Source: Elusimicrobia bacterium GWC2_64_44 (GTDB lineage Bacteria; Elusimicrobiota; Elusimicrobia; Elusimicrobiales; UBA9959). From it: a DNA stretch of 64,000 bases. A program made the translations under genes and the position numbers. A model generated the notes under the pieces. The model was not told where the DNA came from, did no database searches, and was given only the letters and a program-made list of their open reading frames with translations. The DNA lies in assembly GCA_001799845.1 (NCBI GenBank), contig MGUG01000040.1, forward strand, positions 5,499 to 69,498. Reading direction: 5' to 3'. Position 1 is the stretch's first letter, and each line of letters opens with the position of its first letter. Shown one piece after another: positions 7,356 through 16,274 of this stretch.

Positions 7356-8918
7356 ATGAAATCAATGGCGTTGATACCCCTGCTGCTGCTTTGCTGCGCC
7401 CCGCTTTACGCGGCTGACGGCAAACCGGCGGACGAACTGCCCCCGGGCGCCGCTCGCGAAACCGACGCGAAATACCCCCCCGTCATAAGCTACACCCTTA
7501 AGAACGGCCTGAAGCTGCTGATCCTCGAGAAAAAATTCGTTCCCACGGTCTCCTTCTCGATGACCTTCAAGGTAGGCAACGTGGACTGCCCCTCCGGCAA
7601 GACCGGCCTGGCCCACGTTTTCGAGCACATGGCTTTCAAGGGCACCAAGGTCATGAACACCAAGGATTACCCCAAAGAAAAGGCCCTGTTGGACCAGATA
7701 GAGACGGCCGGCAAGAACCTGATAGCCGAAGAAAGTCTCGGGGCCAAGGCCGACCCTCAGAAGGTCAAAGACCTGAAACAGAAACTTTCCGACCTGGAAA
7801 AGGCCGCCGACGCCTACTCGGTGAACGCGGAATTCGTCAGCACGCTGGAAAAGCTGGGAGCCAACGGCCTGAACGCCTACACCTCGGTGGACGAGACCGT
7901 CTACCATATGTCCATGCCCGCCGACAGGCTGGAAGCCTGGATGATCCTCGAATCCGACCGCTTCAAGAACCCGGTGCTGCGCGAGTTCTACAAAGAGCGC
8001 AGCGTCATCATGGAAGAGCGCCGCATGGGCGAGGCGAACCCCGGCAACGTGCTGTTCGAGAATCTCTCGGCCACCGCCTTCTCCGCGCATCCCTACATGA
8101 ACCCGATAGTCGGCTGGATGGACGACCTGAAGAAGCTCAGCCGCACCGACGCCGAGGAGTTCTACGCCACCTATTACGTGCCCAACAACGCCACGCTGGC
8201 GGTGGTGGGCGACGTGAAGCCGGCCGAGGTCATCCGCCTGGCCGAGAAGTATTTCGCCGGCTGGCAGTCCAAACCGCTGCCCAGCATGAGCTACACCGCC
8301 GAGCCGGAACAGAAGTCGGAGAAGCGGGTGAACGTGTTCTTCAACGCCAAGCCGTCCTTCTACATGGGCTTCCATAACCCCGGCGACGACCACGCGGACG
8401 CGCCGGCGCTGATCATGCTCAGCGAGGTGCTCTCCAACGGCAAGACCGGCAGGTTCTACCGCAACCTCGTCGAGGGCAAGCAGCTGGCGCTCGGCGCCGG
8501 CACGCACCACGCCCTGCCCGGCAACCGCTATCCCTCGCTCTTCCTGGTGGCAGGCACCCCCAAGGCCCCGCACACCAACGAAGAGCTGGAGGCCGGCATC
8601 TGGGAAGAGATAGAGGCCGTCAAGAAGGCCCCGCCCACGCCCTGGGAGCTGGAGAAGATCCTCAACAACTACGAGGTGGAAATGATCCGCGGCCTGGAAA
8701 GCAACATGGACCTGGCCAAGGGCCTCGCCAGCAACGACCGCATCAAGGGCGACTGGAAATACAACTGGCGCCTCCTGGAAGACCTGAAGAAGGTCAAGCC
8801 CGAGGACGTGTCCGCCGCGGCGGCCAAATACCTCAAGCGCAGCAATTACACCATCATCACCATGACCCAGCCCGCGCCCGAGACCGCGGCGGCCGGGAAA
8901 GGGGCGGACAAGAAATGA
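7356..8918 (+). CDS. M16 (pitrilysin) family zinc peptidase, catalytic subunit
   Basis: HVFEHMAFKGT contains the HxxEH inverted zinc motif. Start moved to ATG 7356 (GGAGG RBS, signal peptide MKSMALIPLLLLCCAPLYA); the track start at 7299 is a TTG. Confidence 0.85.
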   Translation: MKSMALIPLLLLCCAPLYAADGKPADELPPGAARETDAKYPPVISYTLKNGLKLLILEKKFVPTVSFSMTFKVGNVDCPSGKTGLAHVFEHMAFKGTKVMNTKDYPKEKALLDQIETAGKNLIAEESLGAKADPQKVKDLKQKLSDLEKAADAYSVNAEFVSTLEKLGANGLNAYTSVDETVYHMSMPADRLEAWMILESDRFKNPVLREFYKERSVIMEERRMGEANPGNVLFENLSATAFSAHPYMNPIVGWMDDLKKLSRTDAEEFYATYYVPNNATLAVVGDVKPAEVIRLAEKYFAGWQSKPLPSMSYTAEPEQKSEKRVNVFFNAKPSFYMGFHNPGDDHADAPALIMLSEVLSNGKTGRFYRNLVEGKQLALGAGTHHALPGNRYPSLFLVAGTPKAPHTNEELEAGIWEEIEAVKKAPPTPWELEKILNNYEVEMIRGLESNMDLAKGLASNDRIKGDWKYNWRLLEDLKKVKPEDVSAAAAKYLKRSNYTIITMTQPAPETAAAGKGADKK

Positions 8919-10321
8919 AAAAGAATATTTTTACGCTCGCGACCACAGGATTTATGATCAACCTTGCGGTTTCAACCGCGCTGGCAGCCCATCCCGAACT
9001 GGCCAAGTTCGGGCAGATAAAGTTCGACGCGCCCGACGCCCCGCGCTACGCGCTGGCCAACGGGCTGGTGGTCTACATAGTGAAGGACAACACCCTGCCG
9101 GTGGTGCACTTCTCCGCCTATATCAAGGCGGGCAGCGCCTACGACCCGGCCGCCAAGATAGGCCTGGCCCAGCTGACGGCCCCGCTGCTGCGCGACGGCG
9201 GCACGGCCAAATACAAGGCCGAAGACATAGACAAGACGCTGGAATACCTCGGCGCCACGCTGGACACCGGCGCGTACACCGAGGAGACGCAGGCCGAAAT
9301 GACCGCGCTGCGCAAAGACCTGGACAAGGCCCTGGACATCTACGCCGACGTGCTGCGCAACCCGGCCTTCGAGGAAGAGAAGGTCAAGATCGCGCGCGAC
9401 GAGGTGCTGGAACTCATCCGCCGCCGCAACGACTCCCCCGCCAAGGCCGCCGGCCGCGAGGCCCGGCGCCGGTTCTTCGGCCCCGCCAACCCTTACGGCT
9501 GGCGCAACGAGGAAGCCACTATCAACGCGATAACCCGCGCCGACCTGGCCGCCTTCCACGCGGCCCATTTCAGGCCCAATAACATGATCCTCGCCGTCAG
9601 CGGCGACTTCACCTCCGACGAGGAAGCCCTGGCGAAGATAAAAGAAAAATTCGGCGACTGGCAGCCGGCCGAGGTTATCAAACCCGCCGTGCCGGCACCG
9701 GACCACCAGGGCGGCCGCCAGATCTACCTGGTGGACAAGGACGTCGCCCAGGCCTCCATCGTCATCGTCCAGAAGGGCGTCAGGCGGACCGACCCGGCCA
9801 ACGACGCGATAACGGTCCTCTCCGATATCCTGGGCGGCGGCTTCCAGTCCCGGCTGTTCGCCGAGGTGCGCACCAAGCGCGGCCTGGCTTACTCGGTGGG
9901 CAGCTACGGCGCCAGCCTGCGGGAGGGCGGCTTCCTGATCACCTCCTGCGGCACCAAGAACGAGACCTACTCGCAGGCGCTCTCCGAGATGCTCAAACAG
10001 CTGGGCCTGGTGGGCTCCGCGCCGGTGACGCCGGAGGAGCTGGAGCGCAGCAAGGGCTCCACTATCAACCCGTTCGTCTTCAAGTTCTCCACGCCGCACA
10101 AGCTGGCGGTGGAGCGGGCCCTGGAGGAATACTACGGCTACGAAAAGGGCCACCTGGACAATTACGTGAAGGCGATCTCCGCCGTGGACGCGGCGGCGGC
10201 GCAGGCGGCCGGCAAGCTGTTCGACCCGTCCAGCGCGGTCATCTACGTCATCGGCAACTCCAAGAAGTTCGATCGTCCGCTGAGCGAGTTCGGCCCGGTA
10301 ACGGAGCTGAAGGAAGATTAG
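8915..10321 (+). CDS. M16 family peptidase-like subunit lacking HxxEH
   Basis: Same fold-level pattern as the upstream gene, but GLAQLTAPLLRDGGT replaces HxxEH. ATGA overlap with the upstream gene. Confidence 0.8.
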   Translation: MKKNIFTLATTGFMINLAVSTALAAHPELAKFGQIKFDAPDAPRYALANGLVVYIVKDNTLPVVHFSAYIKAGSAYDPAAKIGLAQLTAPLLRDGGTAKYKAEDIDKTLEYLGATLDTGAYTEETQAEMTALRKDLDKALDIYADVLRNPAFEEEKVKIARDEVLELIRRRNDSPAKAAGREARRRFFGPANPYGWRNEEATINAITRADLAAFHAAHFRPNNMILAVSGDFTSDEEALAKIKEKFGDWQPAEVIKPAVPAPDHQGGRQIYLVDKDVAQASIVIVQKGVRRTDPANDAITVLSDILGGGFQSRLFAEVRTKRGLAYSVGSYGASLREGGFLITSCGTKNETYSQALSEMLKQLGLVGSAPVTPEELERSKGSTINPFVFKFSTPHKLAVERALEEYYGYEKGHLDNYVKAISAVDAAAAQAAGKLFDPSSAVIYVIGNSKKFDRPLSEFGPVTELKED

Positions 10322-10335
10322 ACCGCAGACCCGCA

Positions 10336-10371
10336 AAAAGAAAGGCCCCGTAACAGGGGCCTTTTCTTTTT
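10336..10371. terminator. bidirectional rho-independent terminator
   Basis: aaaggcccc-gtaaca-ggggccttt flanked by A-run and T-run; between convergent genes. Confidence 0.7.
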
Positions 10372-10385
10372 ACGGCGGGCGGGGG

Positions 10386-11768
10386 CTACATCAGGATCCA
10401 GTGGTAGAAGCGCTTGGCCAGGTAGCCGAAGTGCTTGAGCGAGCGGATCTGCATTATGTTGCGCAGCATGATGCCGGGGCGCAGGTAGAACTTCAGGAAG
10501 GCCTCGCGCTGCAGGGCGCGCAGCTGCTCCCGCGTGACGCCCTTCGGCGCGTACGGCACCTTCTGGAAGATGAGGCCCTCCACGTCCATCTGCCCTATCT
10601 CGCCGCTCGCTATCAGCTTCAGCGTGACGGGCGTCATCGGCAGGGGCAGGAAGGTGAAGAAGTTGGCGCGCAGCAGCGGCAGCTCCAGCGAGAAGTCAAT
10701 GGTCTCGCGCATGTCCTCCACGCTCTCGTCGGGGAAGCCGAGGATGAAAAAGGCCGCGAGGTCTATCTTCATGCTCCGGATCAGCGCCACCTTTTCCCGG
10801 ATCAGCGCCACGCTGAGCTGCTTGTCCATGCGCTTGAGGGTTTTGTCCGAGCCGGACTCGATGCCGACCGAGATCAGGTAGGTGCCGGCCCTCTTCATCA
10901 GGTCCAGCAGTTCCTCGTCCAGGGTGCCGATGCGCACGCCGTTGGGGAACGCCAGCGAGATGGGCAGCTTGCTCGCGATAATGGCCTTCAGGATGCCCGC
11001 CGCGTGCGCCTTGTCCAGCGTGAAATTGTCGTCGACAATGTGGATCTCGCGGATGCCGAACTTGCTGTAGAGCAGCTCGATCTCCGCCATCACGGACGCG
11101 GCGCTGCGCTTGCGCATGTGCCGGCCGCTCAGGATGGGCGCGGTGCAGAAGCCGCAGGCGAACGGGCAGCCGCGCGTGGTCACTATCGGGGCGATAGGGA
11201 ACTGGTTGAAGAAGGCGCCGTGCTGGGCGGGCGGGTAATCCTGAGGGTTGATCAGGTCCCAGGCGGGCGGCGGTAGCGCGTCTATATCCTTTATCGGGCT
11301 GATCTCGTTGACCCGGAGCTTGCCGTCCTCGCGCCAGGCCAGGCCGGGCACGTCCGCGGGCGCCGCCTGGCCCGCGAGCATCTTTATGAAAAGCGGGAAG
11401 CTGTCCTCGGTCTCGCCGCGCAGCAGGTAATCGGCCTCGGGCGTCAGCTTGGCCATCGTCTCTTCGGGGCAGAGCGTCGGGTGCGGCCCGCCGGAAATGA
11501 TCACGGCCCTGGGCAGCGCGGCCCGCGTCATGGCGGCCAGGCGCTTCACCTCGCCTATCTCCGGCGAGTAGCACTGGAAACCGGCTATGTCCGGGGCGAA
11601 GTCCTTCACCGCGGCCAGGAACTTGCCGTCGTCGCGGCCCAGCATGCCGAAATCCAGCACGCGCACGTCGTTGCCGTCGCGCAGGCGGGCGGCCAGGAAG
11701 GCGATGCCGAGCGGCGGCTGGATGTGGTCGCCGTGGGCTATGCCGGGTTTAACGAGGAGGATCTTCAT
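10386..11768 (-). CDS. B12-binding-domain radical SAM protein (class B)
   Basis: N-terminal MKILLVKPG...PPLGIAFLAA B12-like domain; CPFACGFC (CX3CX2C). Confidence 0.85.
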   Translation of the reverse strand: MKILLVKPGIAHGDHIQPPLGIAFLAARLRDGNDVRVLDFGMLGRDDGKFLAAVKDFAPDIAGFQCYSPEIGEVKRLAAMTRAALPRAVIISGGPHPTLCPEETMAKLTPEADYLLRGETEDSFPLFIKMLAGQAAPADVPGLAWREDGKLRVNEISPIKDIDALPPPAWDLINPQDYPPAQHGAFFNQFPIAPIVTTRGCPFACGFCTAPILSGRHMRKRSAASVMAEIELLYSKFGIREIHIVDDNFTLDKAHAAGILKAIIASKLPISLAFPNGVRIGTLDEELLDLMKRAGTYLISVGIESGSDKTLKRMDKQLSVALIREKVALIRSMKIDLAAFFILGFPDESVEDMRETIDFSLELPLLRANFFTFLPLPMTPVTLKLIASGEIGQMDVEGLIFQKVPYAPKGVTREQLRALQREAFLKFYLRPGIMLRNIMQIRSLKHFGYLAKRFYHWILM

Positions 11769-11794
11769 AAAGCGCTAAATATAATAGCAAATGG

Positions 11795-12187
11795 TTAACG
11801 GCCCTTTTCCTTTTCCAGCTCGGCCTTTACCTCCGGCGGGATCTCCACCAGCTTCAGGTCGGGGCCGACGCAGACCAGGTCCGTCTCGGCCTTGCCGATG
11901 AGCTTGCCGTCCTGGTTGTGCAGGCTGTAGGCGAAGACGATGCGGTACGGCGTGAACTCCTTCACCCAGGTCTTGATCTCCAGCTCGTCGCCGTAGAGCG
12001 CCGGGGCCTTGTACTCCATCTCCTGCCGCCGCACGGCGAAGCCGACCCCGCGCTCGAGCAGGCCCTTCACGGTGAGCCCGCGCGCCTCCAGGTATTCCGA
12101 GCGCGCCTCCTCCAGGTATTTCAGGTAATTGGCGTGGTAGACCGCGCCGCTGGTGTCCGTGTCGTAGTAGTAGATGCGCCTTTTCAT
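11795..12187 (-). CDS. YbgC/4HBT-family acyl-CoA thioesterase
   Basis: YYYDTDTSGAVYHANYLKYLEEAR hotdog-fold signature. Confidence 0.8.
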   Translation of the reverse strand: MKRRIYYYDTDTSGAVYHANYLKYLEEARSEYLEARGLTVKGLLERGVGFAVRRQEMEYKAPALYGDELEIKTWVKEFTPYRIVFAYSLHNQDGKLIGKAETDLVCVGPDLKLVEIPPEVKAELEKEKGR

Positions 12188-12604
12188 TTATTCTCCGATT
12201 ATCTTTACCAGCACGCGTTTGTCGCGCTGCCCGTCGAACTCGCCGTAGAAGATCCTCTCCCACGGCCCGAAATCCAGCCGGCCCTTCGTGACGGCCACCA
12301 CCGCCTCGCGGCCCATGATGGTGCGCTTGAGGTGCGCGTCGCCGTTGTCCTCGCCCGTGAGGTTGTGCCGGTAGCCGCGGGCGTCGTAGGGCGCCAGCTT
12401 CTCCACCCACTGCAGGAAGTCCTGGTGCAGGCCGCCCTCGTTGTCGTTGATGAAGACGCTGGCGGTGATGTGCATGGCGTTCACCAGGCACAGGCCTTCC
12501 TTGATCCCGCTCTTCGCCAGCTCGGCCTCCACCTTGGGGGTGATATGCACGATGGCGCAGCGCTCGGGAGTGTTGAACGTAAGATAGGCGGTATGGGCTT
12601 TCAT
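12188..12604 (-). CDS. YjbQ/UPF0047 family (secondary thiamine-phosphate synthase-like)
   Basis: Internal ATG start [10 protein letters not shown]...[18 protein letters not shown]...GDAHLKR. The track ORF is extended upstream to 12985. Confidence 0.8.
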   Translation of the reverse strand: MKAHTAYLTFNTPERCAIVHITPKVEAELAKSGIKEGLCLVNAMHITASVFINDNEGGLHQDFLQWVEKLAPYDARGYRHNLTGEDNGDAHLKRTIMGREAVVAVTKGRLDFGPWERIFYGEFDGQRDKRVLVKIIGE

Positions 12605-12670
12605 GGGTCCCCCGTAAAAACGGCTGAAAACGTGTAAATATTCTACAAACTTTGCGAGTTGCCGGGGATT

Positions 12671-12679
12671 TGCTATAAT
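12671..12679 (+). promoter_or_regulatory. extended -10 TGCTATAAT, 6 nt before the rpmB ATG (leaderless geometry)
   Basis: TTGCGA-N16-TATAAT-aagtcc-ATG; no SD. Confidence 0.5.
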
Positions 12680-12685
12680 AAGTCC

Positions 12686-12880
12686 ATGGCTTACAAATGC
12701 GAACTTTGCGGCAAAAAGGCCGTTTCCGGTAACTCCTACAGCCATTCTCACAGAGCTACCAAACGGACCTTCAAGCCCAACCTTCAGAAACAGAAGATAG
12801 TGCACGCCGGCAAGACCCAGTCCGTCTACGTCTGCACCATCTGCATCAAGAGCGGCAAAGCGGTGCGCCCGGCCAAGTAG
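12686..12880 (+). CDS. rpmB: 50S ribosomal protein L28 (Cys-containing form)
   Basis: [34 protein letters not shown] matches the L28 core. CxxC...CxxC present. Confidence 0.9.
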   Translation: MAYKCELCGKKAVSGNSYSHSHRATKRTFKPNLQKQKIVHAGKTQSVYVCTICIKSGKAVRPAK

Positions 12881-12915
12881 GCCGAGCCTCCCCTTCGCTG
12901 CCCTGTTAAGGTTAA

Positions 12916-12950
12916 GGCCGTCCGCCTCAGGCGGGCGGCCGTTGTTATTT
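12916..12950 (+). terminator. rho-independent terminator after rpmB
   Basis: ggccgtccgcc-tca-ggcgggcggcc, then gttgttattt. Confidence 0.6.
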
Positions 12951-13013
12951 GCCTGCCGGCGGCCCCCGGACCGCCGAATCAACAAGAATTTAATATTTTG
13001 TAAACAACCCTTT

Positions 13014-13021
13014 TGTATAAT
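13014..13021 (+). promoter_or_regulatory. candidate extended -10 (TGTATAAT) in the AT-rich region upstream of the coiled-coil genes
   Basis: AT-rich 12980-13075 in otherwise GC-rich DNA. A second TATAAT lies at 13045-13050. Confidence 0.35.
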
Positions 13022-13103
13022 TTTCCTGTATACAATAAGGGATTTATAATTATTCCCTTACTCTTTTTATTTTTTCGCAGCTGCAGGTCCCGGAGGACTC
13101 AAG

Positions 13104-16100
13104 ATGGAGCAGGAACCTAAACTAGACCCGTCCGCCATAACGGACGTGGAAACCGCGAAGCTCGCGCTCCGCTGGGCCGTGGAGAAGATCCACGGCCTGC
13201 AGGAGGAGCTTGGCCGTCTCCGCGAGGACAACCGCAGCAAGACCCATATCAACCGCTCCCTCACCGAACAGGTGGAGCAGAAGACCGAAGTCCTGAAGAA
13301 GTGGCAGGGCACCATCAAGACGTGGGAAGAGAACTGGAAGACGCAGACCGCGATGGAGGCGGACCTGAAGGCCAAGCTGCGCGAGCAGATCCTCAACGAG
13401 GAGGCCTCCAACTGGCGCGCCTCCCGCGCCCAGCTGGAAAAAGAGATCCAGGCCCTGAAGACCGAACTGGCCGGCCGGGAGGCCGAGATAGGCCGCATGA
13501 AGCTGCGCCTGATGGACGAGCTGCGCGCCGCCTCCGAGATGAAGGAGGCCGAGCTCTCCACGCTGCTCGGCAAGCACCAGGACAACCTGGCCGCCAGGGA
13601 GACCGCCCTGCGCGAAAATTACGAGCACCTCGAGGCCGAGCTGATAGCCTCGCAGCGCCTGCGCGCCGAGCAGGAGGAGCTTTCCCTCCGCGGCCGCTAC
13701 GAGGCCCGCCAGGACGAGCTCGCCAAGCTTTACGGGCAGAAAGAGGCCCAGCTGGAGACCTTCCGCAAGCAGCTGGAAGACGAGCGCTTCAACAAGCTGG
13801 AGGCCCTGAAGGCCGAAGCCGAAAAAGAGCTGGACGCCCGCAGGCAGGCCCTGCAGGAAGAGCACGCCAGGCTGACCGCCTCCCTCTCCGCCGCCGCCGA
13901 AAGCCGCGTGGAAGAGGCCCGCGCCGCCGCCGCCTCGCGCGAGGCCGAGCGCCAGCAGTCCTTCGCCGCGCTGCAGGCCGCGCTGGAAAAAGATTTCGCC
14001 GAGCGCTTCGCCCGCGCCGAAGAGGAAAAGAAGGCGGAGCTCGCCGCCTACAAGTCCGTGTCGCAGCAGGAGCTGGAAGCCCTGCGCGCCCGCGCGGCCG
14101 GCAACGCCGAGAAGCGGGAGCAGGAATACGTCAAGCTGCGCCTCGACATGGAAGCGCAGCTGGTGGAGCTGGTCAAGCGGCGCGAGGAGGAGATCCGCGC
14201 CCGCTACGAGAAGGCCGCCGAGGAGTCCCGCGCCCAATGGGCCAGGGCCGAGGCCGACAGCGCCGCGCGCGCCCGCGAGGAAGCCTCGCAGGAAGTCGCC
14301 CGCCTGGAAACGGAATTCAAGAAGCGAGAGGAGAGCCTGCGGGCCCTGCGCGAGCAGGAAGCCGCCGCCTACCGCGAGAAGACGGACGCGGAGCTGCGCG
14401 CGCGCGAGGAAGCGCTGCGCGCCGGGCTGCTCGAGGAGCAGAACGCCTGGACGGTGCGCCAGCAGGCCGCCGCCGACGAGGGCAGGAAGGCCATAGAGAA
14501 AGCCCACTCCGAGCGCCTGGAGAGCCTGAAGGCCGGCCTCGAAGAGGCCTACCTGATGAAGGAGAAGGCGCTGGAGACCCGCGTGGGCTCGGTGCAGCGC
14601 CGCATTAAAGCCGAGTGGCTCGCCCGCGAGGACGAGTGGCGCCTGGAGAAAGAGGCCGCCCTGCACGAGGAAAAGCAGAAGCTGAAGGCCGAATTCGAGA
14701 CCCACCGCGAGCTGCTGCACAGGAAGCTGTCGCAGTTCGAGGACGAGCTGAAGCTCAAGTACGCCCAGCGCGAGACGGAGCTGGAGGCCGCCCGCAAGGC
14801 CTCCCTGGACGCCGCCGAGGCCGAACTGAAGCGCGAGACCGACGCCGAGAAGGAGCGCCTGCGCGCCCAGGCCGAAACCCGCCGCCGCGAGCTGGAGGAG
14901 CGCGAAGCCGCCCTCCGCGCCGAGGGAGAGCAGGCCGCCAAAAAACTGGAAGAGAGACTTTACAAGCGCGAGACGGAACTCAAGGACGCGCTGCGCCGCA
15001 AGACCGAGGAGCTGGAGTCGGCCTTCAACAGCCGCCTGGAGGCCGAGAAGACCCGCATCGCCTCGGAGTTCGCCGCCAAGGCCGGCGCCGCCGAACGCGA
15101 GCGCCTGAAGATCCTGGAGGAGAAGACCGCCCTCGAGGAAGCCCACGCCGCCAAGGTCCGCGAGCTGGAGGGCGCCATCGGCGCCGCCGCCCGCACCGAG
15201 CGCGCCAAGGCCGAGGAAGCTTTCCGCTCCCGCGAGCTGCACCTGCAGGGACGCGAGGCGGAGCTGGACAAATTCAAGGTCTCGCTGGAGCAGCAGCACT
15301 CCGAGCTGAAGGTCAAACTTTACCAGGACCTGCAGCAGAAAGAGCACGAGCTGTTCGGCAAGCTGGCCTCCGCCAAGGAGGAGATGTACCAGGCGCTCAA
15401 CGCCCACCGCGAGGTGCTCGACGGAGAGCACGCCGCGCGCATCACCGCGCTGCTGCAGAAGGAAGGGCAGCTGCAGGAGCGCTTCGAGGAAAAATTCCGG
15501 GCCGCCGACGCCGCCATGAAGCAGCGCCTCCAGGACGAGGCCGAGAAAGCCGCCGTGGAGCTCGAGGGCCGCAAGGCCGAGCTCGAGGCCCGCTACCGGG
15601 GCCGCGAGCAGGCGCTGGCCGCCTCCGCCGCCGAGCGGCAGACCCGCCTGGAAGCCGAGTCGGCCGTGCGGGAGAAGACCCTGCTGGCCGCGCTGGAAAA
15701 AGCTTTCGAGAAGAAGCGCCAGGAGCTGGATAATTCCATCGCCCGCCGCGAGAAGGAGCTGGACAAGAAATACTCCGAACTCGCCGAGCGCCAGCAGGCC
15801 CAGTTCCAGAGCGAGAAAGCCGTCTGGGAAGCCAAGAAGATAGACTCACTCAACTCCGAGCGCCAGCTGCTGCGGTCCGAGTTCGAAAAGAAAGAGGCCG
15901 TGCTCAACCAGAAGCTCGACGAGGAGCTGGCCCGCAACCGCGCCGACCGCGTCCGCCGCGAGGAAGAGCTGTCGGCCAAGAAAGACGAGCTGGAAAAGGC
16001 CTACTACGCCGAGCTGGAGCGCAACAGGACGGCCGCCGATGCCGCCCGCAGGGAGCAGGAAGCCGCCCTGGAGGAGCGCTCCCGGGAGATAGAGGGTGAG

Positions 16101-16268
16101 CAGAGCCGCCTTACCCAGTGGGCCCTGCACAAAGAGGAAGAGCTGGGCAGGAAATACAAAGAGCGCGAGCGCGAACTGCTCGCCCTCTGCGAGAAGCAGC
16201 GCGAGGAACTGGAACAGGCCAGCGCCGCCGAGGTAAAAGCCCTGAAGGACAGCTTCGGGAAAAAATAG
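13104..16268 (+). CDS. giant coiled-coil protein 1 (1054 aa, E/A/R/K/L/Q-rich)
   Basis: GGAGGA RBS. No Pro after residue 9, no TM, no NTPase motif. Recurrent [RK]E-x-[EA]L...[YFW] modules. Confidence 0.85.
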   Translation: MEQEPKLDPSAITDVETAKLALRWAVEKIHGLQEELGRLREDNRSKTHINRSLTEQVEQKTEVLKKWQGTIKTWEENWKTQTAMEADLKAKLREQILNEEASNWRASRAQLEKEIQALKTELAGREAEIGRMKLRLMDELRAASEMKEAELSTLLGKHQDNLAARETALRENYEHLEAELIASQRLRAEQEELSLRGRYEARQDELAKLYGQKEAQLETFRKQLEDERFNKLEALKAEAEKELDARRQALQEEHARLTASLSAAAESRVEEARAAAASREAERQQSFAALQAALEKDFAERFARAEEEKKAELAAYKSVSQQELEALRARAAGNAEKREQEYVKLRLDMEAQLVELVKRREEEIRARYEKAAEESRAQWARAEADSAARAREEASQEVARLETEFKKREESLRALREQEAAAYREKTDAELRAREEALRAGLLEEQNAWTVRQQAAADEGRKAIEKAHSERLESLKAGLEEAYLMKEKALETRVGSVQRRIKAEWLAREDEWRLEKEAALHEEKQKLKAEFETHRELLHRKLSQFEDELKLKYAQRETELEAARKASLDAAEAELKRETDAEKERLRAQAETRRRELEEREAALRAEGEQAAKKLEERLYKRETELKDALRRKTEELESAFNSRLEAEKTRIASEFAAKAGAAERERLKILEEKTALEEAHAAKVRELEGAIGAAARTERAKAEEAFRSRELHLQGREAELDKFKVSLEQQHSELKVKLYQDLQQKEHELFGKLASAKEEMYQALNAHREVLDGEHAARITALLQKEGQLQERFEEKFRAADAAMKQRLQDEAEKAAVELEGRKAELEARYRGREQALAASAAERQTRLEAESAVREKTLLAALEKAFEKKRQELDNSIARREKELDKKYSELAERQQAQFQSEKAVWEAKKIDSLNSERQLLRSEFEKKEAVLNQKLDEELARNRADRVRREEELSAKKDELEKAYYAELERNRTAADAARREQEAALEERSREIEGEQSRLTQWALHKEEELGRKYKERERELLALCEKQREELEQASAAEVKALKDSFGKK

Positions 16269-16274
16269 TTTTCT

